Source: Sporopachydermia quercuum
Taxonomy: Eukaryota
Assembly (NCBI GenBank): GCA_001599295.1
Contig: BCGN01000012.1
Span: 62,001-126,000 of the forward strand
Direction of reading: 5' to 3'
Length of the DNA stretch: 64,000 nucleotides
Shown piece by piece: positions 36,446-47,776 of the stretch. The first letter of the stretch is position 1. Each line of letters begins with the position of its first letter. The notes under the pieces were generated by a model. The model was not told the DNA's origin. It saw only the letters and a list, made by a program, of their open reading frames with translations, and ran no database searches. A program made the position numbers and the translations under genes.

Positions 36446-38326
36446 TCAAGGGAATGATTCGAGAATGTTTCTATTCTTATCAATAATAATAACTCACATT
36501 GCAAACTGTTCCCAATCATAACAACTGTTTCAACTGCTGAAGAAATGTGTTATTGGAAACATCTGATACTACTTTTATCTTCTAAGACGCTTTTCGTACT
36601 CTTATCATTTGAACATTTATCAAGACAGCCCAATTACTTTCACTGTTTCCTGAAACCATAACACTGGCTGTTTTTTTTATCTCTTCAGTGAAATGGGTCT
36701 CTGATCATTTCACTTGTGAAACCAGTAATAAATATTCATTCCTTGTTCCTCCTTCAACGATCCAGTTAGCAATTGAATAATAGTCGGTCATCAGATTAAT
36801 CAATTCTCTAATACAAATAATCTTTTTCATATTTCATGCATCCATCATGCATCTGTTAGAAGTCTTGCAGAAACTCATTCTATCACCTAGGTAACCACTT
36901 TCCATTTCGTTTGTTATTTATTTACTTTTCATCTTTTTCAGCTAATCACAAAACATCATCATTAACTTTATTTGCAGGTTGGCTCACCAAACAAAATAAA
37001 AGGATTCAAAGTGATATCGTGAACACATTAATTATATAACAAACAAATAGAAAACAAGCGAGCTCATCAACAAAAGTTTTGTATGATAGATAGATGAAAA
37101 GGCTAAGGACATTATATTTCTGTCATAGTGTAACAGAAAGCTTATAAGCCATATATTACATATAGTCAATCTTACATGTCGGAAGCGTCCTTATTTCAAG
37201 AATCATGAAGAACAGTTAGCCTCCAACTATACAATAAATTGAAACTCGTGACTAATTTCCATAGTAAACATAGTAATATAGCTCTTTTTTTTTAATATAT
37301 GTATATAGTATTCTTTCTTTCATCATAATACAATTAAACCAACTAGTAATCAGATATTATAGCAGTTAAACTCTCTCTCTCTCTATTTATTGATTATGTA
37401 TACCTCATTGTGTATTATTTGCAATAATCAGTTTCACGTTTCGCTTTGTTTCTAGTCTCCCATTTTGGAATCCTTTTTATATTCCCCGTTTTGTTTCTAT
37501 TTGTTTACTTCTTTTATATATTACTATGAGGTCAATGTATATTAGTTATTTATATTTCATTTTTTGAATAGGCTAGCTAGTCATCAGCACTAATTGTATT
37601 ATTTATCTTTTAACAATTGCTTTAGTTTCCTTTGGGAAAGGTTAAAGAAAGTTACCGACTTGCTGCTTACTGTTTGCTTTAACAACAATTGTAAGGTTGA
37701 ATCGATCGTTCGCTTCTAAGAGAATAATATACTTATTCTCAGNACGAAACGCTCTCAGAAATCAAAAGATTTGAAATTTAATCCAATAGGTGTATTATAT
37801 TCGACTTAAAAAAGCTGGTTTGTCAGATATTGAATAATCGAACAAACGGTTTATAATTTGCCAAAGATTAACAAAGAGAAATTTAAGCGCAAAGCCAGAC
37901 ATCCGTAAGTGCGTGATCTCTTTTGAAGTTTGCTTAGAGTATGTTATGTTTTTTATTCAAGGATTATGCCATAAAAATGCTGAACATAGGGTATAGTCTG
38001 CTAGAAGATGAGTGTAATACACTAAGTAATAGTTGGAGATAAGGGAAAGCAACACTGCCTTTTTCAATGAATGAAGAAGTAATGAAGAATAAATTAGTCC
38101 GATACATTTTGCGATCAACACCGATTTTCAACTAAACTGTTATGAAACTTTACAACATTCACTATAAGTGAACTGCATCGTAATCACGCAGCTTCTTTCC
38201 ACCCAACTATAGATAGAGCTCGATTGGAAATAGAGCACCCAATACACATTAATGTATAAACNAAGCTTGTTCCTAGGATGTTATATACTAACTGTCCATC
38301 GTTTAGATTACGTTAATTGATTGAAA

Positions 38327-39838
38327 ATGAGTTTAAAATCTATGAAGAAAGGAGATCTTGTATCTCTTGCTGATGAATTAGGAGTTGAGTATGTACTGGG
38401 TGTATCTTTCGGTGCTTGCCGAACAGGTTTCTTTATTTTATGTTTTGCAAATTCTTTGATTACTAACAACTGTTTCAGTTCTTCTGGCTTTAAATCACAT
38501 TTAGAGCAAAAAATTGGCGACTTTTTTGACGCACATCCTGAATTATCAGCAAACGAGAAGTACTCCAAATTCTACAAGCGATCACCAAAGAAGAGCTCGG
38601 GTGTTTTTGTGTCTCAAGTAACCACGTTCACTCCTTCAAACCCTCCTCCTGTTTTGAGTCCTTCAAAGCAAGCTGAAGAGGCGGAAGAGGAAGAGGAAGA
38701 GGAAGAACAAGAGGAAGAGGAAGAGGAAGAGGAGGAGGAAGAGAATGAGAATGAGAATGAGAATGAGAATGAGAATGAGAATGAGAATGAGGAAGAGGAA
38801 GAGGAAGAGGAAGAGGAAGAGGAAGAGGAGGAGGAGGAGGAGGAAGATGAAGATGTAAAGGAAACTGAAAAAACAGAAGAGGAAGAAGACGATGAAACTG
38901 CCGAGAGTAAACCATCCAGAAAAGATGATGAAGATGAGGAGGAATATCGACCTACATTCCTTGAAAAACTTTCAAACACAATTGAATTCTATAAGTGGAA
39001 TTTGGAGGATTATGCTTTAGAGAAGTATTATGATTTCCTTGGATTCAATTATTTCTTGCAACTGACTTTCAGTCAAGTTGAAACTGTACTTTATCTCGAA
39101 GTTCTTGTGGAATTTGTTCTCTTGTTCAATAAAGTTTTTCCCTTAACTCCAATTTCTGGTATTGCTGCTGAATTGAGCTCTTTGTCAGTTCCAGTTCCCG
39201 AAGGCTTGAACACAATCGATTTCCCTGTTCCGAGCTTTTTACCCTTATTAAAGTTAGAAACATGGTTTTTCTTGGTTTTCTGGGCTTTGTTCTCTTTTGG
39301 AATTCCATTGGCTGGATCTTTCTATTTCAATTTCACTCGGTCTTCTTTGAGTACAATTGAAACTTTTGAAGAAGATGATGATGAAGCATTCTTAGCCGCT
39401 TTAGAAGCCCTCGAGGATGAGGTTGGTGATGATGACGAAGACAAGGCAGAGGAAGAAGAAGAGGAAGAAGAGGAAGAGGAAGTGGGGGATGAAGAAGAAG
39501 AAGAAGAAGAAGAAGAAGAAGAAGAAGAAGAAGAAGATGACGATGATGATGATGAATATGATTCATCATTCCTTGCTGTTACTTCTAATAAGAGAAAGTC
39601 ATTGGATCCTTTCTCTTTTGGATTAACGAAGATTATTTTAACCTACTTCTTGTTCACCAAAGTCTCTGTCTGGATTGTGCCAGCTTTGACATCTGATTCT
39701 TCTTGTTTCAAATGGCTTTTCGTTTTGGCTGATTTTACTGTCTCATCATCAGAATCACTTTACCGAATTTTGGGTGAAGTTCCTTATATTGGTGGATTCA
39801 TCGGGGCCGCTATTGCCTTATACTCTGCCATTTATTAA
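38327..39838 (+). CDS. Gtt3-like membrane protein with an N-terminal SAP/HeH-like segment and poly-acidic tracts, 2 exons, about 473 aa
   Basis: Exons 38327-38388 and 38479-39838; intron 38389-38478 (GTATGT, TACTAAC 38461-38467, CAG). Spliced N-terminus is MKKGDLVSLADELGVDSSGFKSHLEQKI. C-terminal membrane region has FYFNF and DPFSFGLTK. Confidence 0.7.
   Translation: MSLKSMKKGDLVSLADELGVEYVLGVSFGACRTGFFILCFANSLITNNCFSSSGFKSHLEQKIGDFFDAHPELSANEKYSKFYKRSPKKSSGVFVSQVTTFTPSNPPPVLSPSKQAEEAEEEEEEEEQEEEEEEEEEEENENENENENENENENEEEEEEEEEEEEEEEEEEEDEDVKETEKTEEEEDDETAESKPSRKDDEDEEEYRPTFLEKLSNTIEFYKWNLEDYALEKYYDFLGFNYFLQLTFSQVETVLYLEVLVEFVLLFNKVFPLTPISGIAAELSSLSVPVPEGLNTIDFPVPSFLPLLKLETWFFLVFWALFSFGIPLAGSFYFNFTRSSLSTIETFEEDDDEAFLAALEALEDEVGDDDEDKAEEEEEEEEEEEVGDEEEEEEEEEEEEEEEDDDDDDEYDSSFLAVTSNKRKSLDPFSFGLTKIILTYFLFTKVSVWIVPALTSDSSCFKWLFVLADFTVSSSESLYRILGEVPYIGGFIGAAIALYSAIY
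38683..38850 (+). repeat. Coding microsatellites: GAR runs flanking (GAGAAT)8
   Basis: (GAGAAT)x8 at 38741-38788 between GAA/GAG runs; encodes polyE-(EN)8-polyE. Confidence 0.95.
39491..39553 (+). repeat. Coding (GAA)15 followed by a GAY run
   Basis: Pure GAA tract 39491-39535, then Asp codons. Confidence 0.95.
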
Positions 39839-40362
39839 AATCGTGAACATTAGTCCAGTGTATATTATGCCGAAAAATTTCTGGTTACAAGGTAGAAACA
39901 ATAAGGGTATTTGATAACTCGCTGACGTGGTTGCCCCTATTATTGAAGTGAGATGTACTATTAGTTAACTCTACAAACGTATTTTTGTCTGTTTGTTGGA
40001 GTTATTTGTTTTATTATATTTAAATAGCCTATGTACTGTTTGATGTTTTCTATTGTTTTCTTGCGTTTTTGCTCTATAATTGACGTTTCTACTAGGATAT
40101 TTAATTTACTTTCACCANTTAATCCCCCCTGTAGATACTGTTTGTNGGAAATGCACTTCTAAGATTAACAATGAAGTCAAGCTAACCAGATAATCTGTCT
40201 CAGTATGATAGAGATGGGGCAAAGACAAAGATGTATAGTTGCTACAAGACTTCAAGTTTACTACAATATAATGTAACCAATAATATAGAGTTATATCAAT
40301 ATTTATGTTGACAAACGACAAAAACTGAGTATAAATAAAGATTAAAATACTAGTCCAATCAT

Positions 40363-41468
40363 TTAATTCTTAGGGGCTTCCTTGTAAGAGATGGCAGCTT
40401 CTTCGCCCATGGCGGAAATGATAGTAACAAGCAAGTCCTTTCCTTCGTCGAAGTCAGCTTGGATCTTTTCACCTAATTCACCTTCAGGAGCCTTGACATC
40501 ATCCTTGGTGGTACCATCATTGGTCATGAGGTTCAAGTATCCATCATCAATATCGATCAATTGGTATTCAGTACGGGTGACGTTAGGAACTTCCATATTG
40601 TGGGTAGAAGGAGACAAATCTTCCAACTTCTTGTTGGTGAAAATGTCAATAGCAACCAAATGAACCTTGGCGTGACCGTGCTTACCAGTCTTAGAGGTAG
40701 ACATATCAACGATCTTGCAAGGACGTCCCTTGATGACAACGTGCCCGTTCTTTCTGAGAGCAGAACATTGCATAGGGAAAGTGAGGGAAGCACCGGCATT
40801 AGCGGTTTCGAAATTGTGCTATAATCAGTTAGTAGATACTCACCAATAACAACTTTCTATTACTTTCAATTGAAGGGATAGTTTTATCAACAAGCTGANA
40901 AAGATAACGACAGAAACAGTAATCATTTGATAAGAGTAAATAGCAAACATAGACTAATTCCTGTTCTCCTGATTGTATTAATAGTTGTGTGCCTAGGTCG
41001 CTTAAAGACAATAGAAACATGGGTGTATTGTCTGATAACCAACGTACCTCAACAAGTGAGATAAATAGATCACAAAACATCAACCACAATCAAATACAAC
41101 GGCTTCCTAGAACTTTTCCAACGATAATCATTCGCTTTTTCCGTTGTTCGTCCAACAAGTTCAAATAAGACTTCAAAAGAAGTCCAGTTCAACTTCCATC
41201 ATTAACTCCCCAGTATCTCTAAGGGTACGGCGGAAATCACATATATCCAATCGTTGAAATACCAACAATTTCTTTCTCCACTTATAATCAATCAATCAAC
41301 TACGTTTTACCGCCTGCAGTGTCATTAACCTTCGCTATACTATTCTACTCCTCTTTCAAAAGATTATGAGCCTCTTAATTAATTCGCAATCGTTTTCTTA
41401 TCTTCATTAAACAAACATTTTTTTCGCAATGCAATTATCTTACTACTTACTTCTTCGTGATCAGACAT
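40363..41468 (-). CDS. HYP2: Translation factor eIF5A, 2 exons, 157 aa
   Basis: Exon 1 is 41468-41451 (MSDHEE); a 632-nt intron 41450-40819 (GTAAGT...TACTAAC...TAG); exon 2 is 40818-40363. Hypusine motif [12 protein letters not shown]. Confidence 0.97.
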
Positions 41469-42831
41469 GTTGGCAACCGGTAAGTACTGAATTCAATAAT
41501 ATATCTATCGAATGATGGAATCCAAACCAAAATAAGACGATTTATAATGAAAAACAAAAAAAAAATGTCAAATACATCAAAATGCGAAAGGGAACAAATC
41601 AAAGGGAAGAAAATGTTTTTACTACTAACTGAAAAGAAAAGGGAAGTGAATAAAAAGTGATTCATGAAAATTGAGAATGCCACTGAAAAAATTTACTGAA
41701 GGAAAAATTTTGTGTGTACGAAATGGATACCGAATAGGGAAACGGAAGGGAAAAAGAAGCAACTGTGGTTTGCTGCAAGTGGGGAATAGCCTAGAAAAAA
41801 GAGTGAAAGCTGGGAGGAAAATGGATGGAAGTGGNATACCTGATATTCTTTTGTACTATTAAATAAGAAAGTGTTTTTGATGTTAGAGAATTGGCTGAAA
41901 AAAATCTGAAAATTTGGTGATTATGGTGAATCAACAATGTGGGATGTTTGTAGATTGGTTTTTTCGTCGATGAGTGTAGAAATATGGTTTGATGAGCAAA
42001 ACTTTGCATGAATTGTGCAGGAAATTGTAAAGCACAACTAAGTAATTTGCGTTGGTATGCATAAAGTTTAAAGATTACATAAGTTATAAATGCGGTGAAA
42101 GGGTGCACAAGGTTTTCTCTTGGTGGTTNAAAATTGATGAGGAGTGAGTGCTATGTGGTCTGAGATATTCACTATTATACTCAACATATAAGAGTAAATT
42201 TTGTACTGTATATCTTTTTTTGCTGAACCAAGCAATTGGGACTTGAAATAGATTACCCTGTTTGGAAATCAAAATTGTATAGGAATTTGGACAAGTCAGG
42301 ATTACGTGATTGGAATTATAAATCACTGTGGGGTAAAATAGTGTGACAACTAAATGCAATTGATGAGAAATCTAGACAAATTCAATTAATAATCTTTGGA
42401 GCGAAAGATTTGATATCAAAGAAAATGGATATTAATGAATGAATTAAAGAATAAATTGAGAAAGACTAATTGAACTGTACCTATTATGTTAGGTGTTGGT
42501 AGGGGATGTTGAATTGCTTAGCGAAGCGAACTATCGTGCAACTGTACACTGATTGCGGTTTTCTTTCCTACAAATAAGGACCTAATCTTGTAAGAGTCTT
42601 TATTCATTGAAAGTTGTAAATGATAAATAAATTGAGTATAAAGTATCATGAATACCACCAAAAGTCCCAAAAGTCCCAAATATGGTCTAACTGCACGCTA
42701 TTGCCATACCAGAGTGGAAATCATCTATAAATTACACTTCACATATCTGTGTAATAAGGAATGCAATCTCAGTCAATCAACAAGTAATTCTAACCCCTAT
42801 TTAATCCTTTTAGTTGGCCAAGAAGCTGAAT

Positions 42832-45800
42832 TTATTTGTTTTGCCTCCATTTAAAAGCTTCTAGATCGTGATCAACTTCCTCCTTTGTTAAACTCTTCAT
42901 TAAACCAGCTACTCTTAGTCTTTTGACAAAAGTTGAACTATAGTCTTTCTCCTTGAAGCCAAAACTATTACTATACGAACCATAATTATAATTTCTTCCA
43001 TTGACATATCGATAATTGGTCAAACCTGTTAAATTATGACTCTTGTTCTTTTTCAAAGGAGTCATTGGGAAATTATTCAACTCAGGATTAGTAAAATCTT
43101 GTGAGAGCAAATAATTAGGTGGTATAATAATCAATTTATTCATACCGCTGATTGGATATTGAGAGTGGCTAGTTTTTTCACTTGTTGATGAGTTATTACC
43201 TGCATTACTGGCAACATTCAAATTAATATCCATATTAATGTCATCATTAATATGGCTTGAATGCCCTTGTGCCTCTCCTCTTATGACATTAGTCAATGTG
43301 TACTTATTATACAAATCACTGTTATCGTTCAATTCATTATTAGGCTCAATTGAATCTTGGAAAAGATTCGATTGCTCGTTTCTTAACTCTCTTGCTAAGA
43401 AATGATTACTATCACCATCAAAAACATAGTTATAGTCTAAATTATTGTTCACATCAGCGAAGAAAAAGTTATAATTCTCTATCTCATTCTGCTTGTATAG
43501 TACACCTAAATCATCTTCCATACCATAGAACTCAAAGTTATTGAAAACCATATTGTCATCAGGTTCACTTACAAATAGTGATCCTGGCAACATAGCAGCC
43601 TTCAGTTTGTTTACTGTTAAAGTGCCAGACTTTGGTTTCGCATTCTTGTTTCGAGGGTTTCTTCTTCTACCACTAATTGTTGAAGTATTACTTTCACTAT
43701 AACCATCATCAGTATTATCATAAGTACTGGTCTCATAATTACCACCAGAAGCATTAACACTATGACTGTTATAGAAAGTAGTTGATAGATTTGAAAAACT
43801 TTCATCATCTGAGTTAAAGCTTCGGGATTTAGACACCCCGCGAATGCTTGAAAGTCTTGTGGTATAATTGTTAACACGATTAGTATAATTACCGCTACTA
43901 TGACTAGTATTGCTATTGGAATCTGATCCACCACCTTTATCAGAATCGCCATCTGCATTAAGACTCAAACCTGTTTCCCTGTTGATGGATAATCCTTTAT
44001 TATTTCTAATCCGAGTTCTGATTCTTCTTGATGGTTCATTCAACTGCGTGGTACTTGCAATATTAGAACTAAGAGCCTTTCCTTGATAACTTAGATTTCC
44101 TTTGCCTAAAGCTTTGATCAATCTGACCTTTTNNGCATTTAATCCATCACATGTAGTATCACACAGTCTTTTGTGGGTCTCTTTTTGATTCTCGTTAGCC
44201 CCTCCAGAATTCTTACGCGCAAAGTCTCTATCGGCTGCTTCCAGTACCTTGGAATACTCATCAGTTAAAATACCAAACCCTGTTGTGATATTATGGGATT
44301 TTAAAGACGATATATCAAAATACTCATTGTATTTAAACTGCGATAATAGTTCGTGCATGTCCAATAGATTAGAATCATTTTCGTTATCCTCGTGATCTTT
44401 CTCTTCTTCTGTTTCTTCTGGTTGTTCAGATCGCATAGACGACTCTATTGAATATGACTCGTCATCATCACTAGATTTACTAGGAGTAGGAACATAATCT
44501 GAATCAACGTTTTTGTCAGTTGTATCTTTGTCAATGACAGTTTCCTCACCAAGNGAATTCAATAGAGGATCGAAGGCATCCGCTACAAATGCTACTTCTC
44601 CTTCTTCTTCTTCTTCTTTTTCGTCCTCTTCTTCCTCTTCTTCCTCTTTTGCTGTAGGCGTACCTTCTTCTTTTTCATTCTTACCAGTAGCTAGTTCTGC
44701 TTCAGGTTCCTTTAGCTGGCTTTCAGCTTCCATTAAACTCCTCATTTTCTTTGGATATTTTCTTTTGACCAAACCGATATCACTTAGAATTGAATATTGA
44801 TAGATAAGAAAGTCATACATATTCGTCATGATAACTAGCAGCAGACATTTTTGTTTGAATGTTAATAAATCATTCTCTTCTTTCAGTAATTTGTACATTC
44901 TTCTGATATGATAATCTCTTTGGATTATATTACAGCAAATATCAAAATCACGTCTTTCTTCTAAATCCACTAATTGCTCTGTATAATTCCAAGCATAATG
45001 TGATTCGGTTTCAGAAGAAATATTACTATTAGTGTTAAATCCGTCGTTACTGCCATTGGAACCAAAAGTGTCGTCATTCACACTAGCCAAAGATTTCATG
45101 AAAGTTTTCCTGCTCGTTCTACCTCTTTTACGTTTATTTCCATTCACAGCATTGAAGTAGGTGTTGTTAATACCATTTGTTTCCTCCCATTGATTCTGGT
45201 AGTCATTCTTATAGCCAAGTAAAGCATTCAGCTCTTCTTCAAGTTCAAATCGAAGAGTTTCATAAATTTTTACTCTGTTATTATCAAAATAAGTTTCCAG
45301 CTTATGGAATTGGTCAGTCAATCGTTTACCTCTAATTTCACATCTTGATCCAGTGGCATTGATGATATCACTGTTCTTTTTCCCTAGCACTTGGTTGCCA
45401 TTTAAAATGTTAGAAGCATGTTCCAACAATGATTGCCTTGTGTTTGACGATTGAAATGATTCTGGAATAACCGAAGAAATAAGATGATCTGTTAAAGCAG
45501 TTAGGCTATTGCTATTAGGATAATTGATATTATGTATAGTATTAGCAGTACTGGTAGAGATAGAGTTACTGGTTATTGCCTGATGCCTATCTGACGTGAT
45601 GGTGCGTGATTGGACAGAATAAGCATAGAAAGTGTTTGCATAGTCAATTTTGTCATCTGTGNTTTCATTTGAAATTCCCTCAGAAGGACGAACAGATTTA
45701 GCAAGCAATTCAGCGTGGGAATACCTACTAGCGCTATTATTCATAGCACTTATACCATTTAGACCAGAATTGCCATTCGTTGTATTCAAACCTATCAAAG

Positions 45801-46635
45801 CACCAATTACATTAGCCTCAGGATCTGCGTGAGAATTTTGATTTGGGTGTTTAGCCATCCAAGAGTAGGTATCGTGATCGGTACCTGTTTCATTAGATTG
45901 GATTCCGTTCCTGGTATTGTCTACCATTTGCTGTTCGGTTGAGTTAAACAGTATAGCATTTTGAGAAATGCTAACTAGAGTATGTGAAAGATCGTCCCCT
46001 TCTCCTTGTGAAGCTTTGGTTTGATTAGTATAAGGATTAGCAATGCTACGGTTATTTGTTTGAGGAACAGAATGAACATTTCCAGTATAGGCAGTAGTAT
46101 TCACATAAGGAGAATTGAGCGAAGGAAGTCCATTATGAGGCAGATGGCTAATAGATATAGAGTTATTGGTATTTGGGGAGTTAAATGTTGAGTTTACTCC
46201 TTGGCCATCAATTTGCATGTTTCCATTGTTTTCAAATTCATTTCTTACTTCACCCGATTGCTCATTGCTTGGAGCCCAGCTATTATTACCATCAAACATT
46301 TCTGGTAAGGACCGTAGTTTAGTCAAACTGAAGTTCTTTCTATAGTTATTCACATTGCTGCTGTTGAGATCATTTCTCGCAGTAGCATCAGAAGTACTAT
46401 CATTTGGCTCATTAGTACTGCGATTATCATTGTCCCTTATACCAAGGTAAGTTGCATGATCACCCCATACCTGATTTGGTGATCTGTTTGGCTCATCTGA
46501 CTTCTCTTGAAAGTTGCTCGAAAAACTAGAATGTGTATACGGTATATTATTTGTCAAAGACCTAATCGAAGAAATCTCATGTAGCTTTTGAGGGATCCTT
46601 TGATCAACCTCACTGTTATGACTATCGTCAGTCAT
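42832..46635 (-). CDS. Large N/S-rich protein with a diverged Sds3-like (Rpd3L subunit) region
   Basis: 1267-aa ORF. The segments RLTDQFHKLETYFDNNRVKIYETLRFELEEELNAL...QLVDLEERRDFDI and the C-terminal MKSLTKEEVDHDLEAF resemble Sds3. The ORF is certain; the family call is tentative. Confidence 0.6.
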   Translation of the reverse strand: MTDDSHNSEVDQRIPQKLHEISSIRSLTNNIPYTHSSFSSNFQEKSDEPNRSPNQVWGDHATYLGIRDNDNRSTNEPNDSTSDATARNDLNSSNVNNYRKNFSLTKLRSLPEMFDGNNSWAPSNEQSGEVRNEFENNGNMQIDGQGVNSTFNSPNTNNSISISHLPHNGLPSLNSPYVNTTAYTGNVHSVPQTNNRSIANPYTNQTKASQGEGDDLSHTLVSISQNAILFNSTEQQMVDNTRNGIQSNETGTDHDTYSWMAKHPNQNSHADPEANVIGALIGLNTTNGNSGLNGISAMNNSASRYSHAELLAKSVRPSEGISNEXTDDKIDYANTFYAYSVQSRTITSDRHQAITSNSISTSTANTIHNINYPNSNSLTALTDHLISSVIPESFQSSNTRQSLLEHASNILNGNQVLGKKNSDIINATGSRCEIRGKRLTDQFHKLETYFDNNRVKIYETLRFELEEELNALLGYKNDYQNQWEETNGINNTYFNAVNGNKRKRGRTSRKTFMKSLASVNDDTFGSNGSNDGFNTNSNISSETESHYAWNYTEQLVDLEERRDFDICCNIIQRDYHIRRMYKLLKEENDLLTFKQKCLLLVIMTNMYDFLIYQYSILSDIGLVKRKYPKKMRSLMEAESQLKEPEAELATGKNEKEEGTPTAKEEEEEEEDEKEEEEEGEVAFVADAFDPLLNXLGEETVIDKDTTDKNVDSDYVPTPSKSSDDDESYSIESSMRSEQPEETEEEKDHEDNENDSNLLDMHELLSQFKYNEYFDISSLKSHNITTGFGILTDEYSKVLEAADRDFARKNSGGANENQKETHKRLCDTTCDGLNXXKVRLIKALGKGNLSYQGKALSSNIASTTQLNEPSRRIRTRIRNNKGLSINRETGLSLNADGDSDKGGGSDSNSNTSHSSGNYTNRVNNYTTRLSSIRGVSKSRSFNSDDESFSNLSTTFYNSHSVNASGGNYETSTYDNTDDGYSESNTSTISGRRRNPRNKNAKPKSGTLTVNKLKAAMLPGSLFVSEPDDNMVFNNFEFYGMEDDLGVLYKQNEIENYNFFFADVNNNLDYNYVFDGDSNHFLARELRNEQSNLFQDSIEPNNELNDNSDLYNKYTLTNVIRGEAQGHSSHINDDINMDINLNVASNAGNNSSTSEKTSHSQYPISGMNKLIIIPPNYLLSQDFTNPELNNFPMTPLKKNKSHNLTGLTNYRYVNGRNYNYGSYSNSFGFKEKDYSSTFVKRLRVAGLMKSLTKEEVDHDLEAFKWRQNK

Positions 46636-47752
46636 CTTGGGTGAAAAATGTGATAGAGACGAGACGCTCTACAGAATATTTTTGCTTAATCAGTCAAATT
46701 GCAACAACAACGAAATAATGGCAATTGAAAGTATAAGTATTATAGCTGAACATAAATTACCTCAAGTTTGAGTATTTTTATGTAAAGTCTTTCTTTTCAA
46801 AATTGTTTTTTCAATGTAAACTGATTCTATTTTCAATCTAAAGTGAATTGGCCGTTTGGCATAGACACCACTAGACCAACAATGGGAAGAAAATTTGGAA
46901 CTAAGAGAAAACAAAACTGTAACAACCGACAATATCACGAAAGGCAGGTTACAGAATTAGAGGCTTATCCCACTATTTTCCGTAAAATGAATATTAAATA
47001 AATCGAATTTATCTAATAAGAGGATCGTTAGAACATATGGAATTGTTGACAGTGTAAGAGTTACACTCTATGAATATCAGGTAACTCGATCTAAAGGTGT
47101 TATCAGATTACACACAAAACGTTGAAACATACCATATACAAAATATGAATAGAAAATAAAAGATTTATTCTGTTATATTTCTCTCTTTTTTGATTTAAGC
47201 CATGAATAACAAAGCAAACAATTCATTAATTGTTCATTTGTTCACTTAATATAGTGAATATCAAATATCATCAAACAGAATGAAGCATAAAAATCAAAGT
47301 TTAATTCCTGAGGACAAGTAAAAGCTGCAAGGTGTTCCGAATGAAGTAACGATGGTCTAATAATGGAGTTAAGGTTAGTGTATGAGTATGCAGAGTAGAA
47401 ACTAAGGGAGGAGTAANCAGGGTGATGGTCATCGGGTTTGGAGAAGTTTAATGGACTAGTTTGAAGGGTTTTGGAATTTTTTGGTTTAGATACTTAAAAT
47501 TCTATCTACTAGTAGGGATNAAAATACAATATCGGGTATGGAAAAGGTCATTAGATATCATAAGCGTAATGATTTATATTGAACAAGTAAATTTCTGCAT
47601 GAATATGCAAGTAAAAGCATAAAATAGATGGAAAAGTAAATTTGGGTAAAAATAGAGTTCGGTACTTTATTTTAGTAGAGTTATTTGGTAGAGACATTGT
47701 CATTTTCATGTTCCTATTAAAGTTTGGACTGTTGAACAAGTTGAATGAAGTC

Positions 47753-47776
47753 AAAAAAAAAAAAAAAAAAAAAAAA
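47753..47776 (+). repeat. Poly(A) tract, 24 nt
   Basis: Uninterrupted A run in the long intergenic region. Confidence 0.95.

Noticed and set aside
38614..39626. Poly-Ser, poly-Pro/His, poly-Leu and poly-Lys ORFs
   Set aside because: These are alternative-frame or antisense shadows of the GAR/GAGAAT microsatellites.
40838..40843. GTGAGT donor-like hexamer beside the eIF5A branch point
   Set aside because: Too close to the branch site and acceptor to define an intron.
47753..47776. Poly(A) run as the tail of a retroposed element
   Set aside because: No target-site duplication or upstream coding remnant seen.
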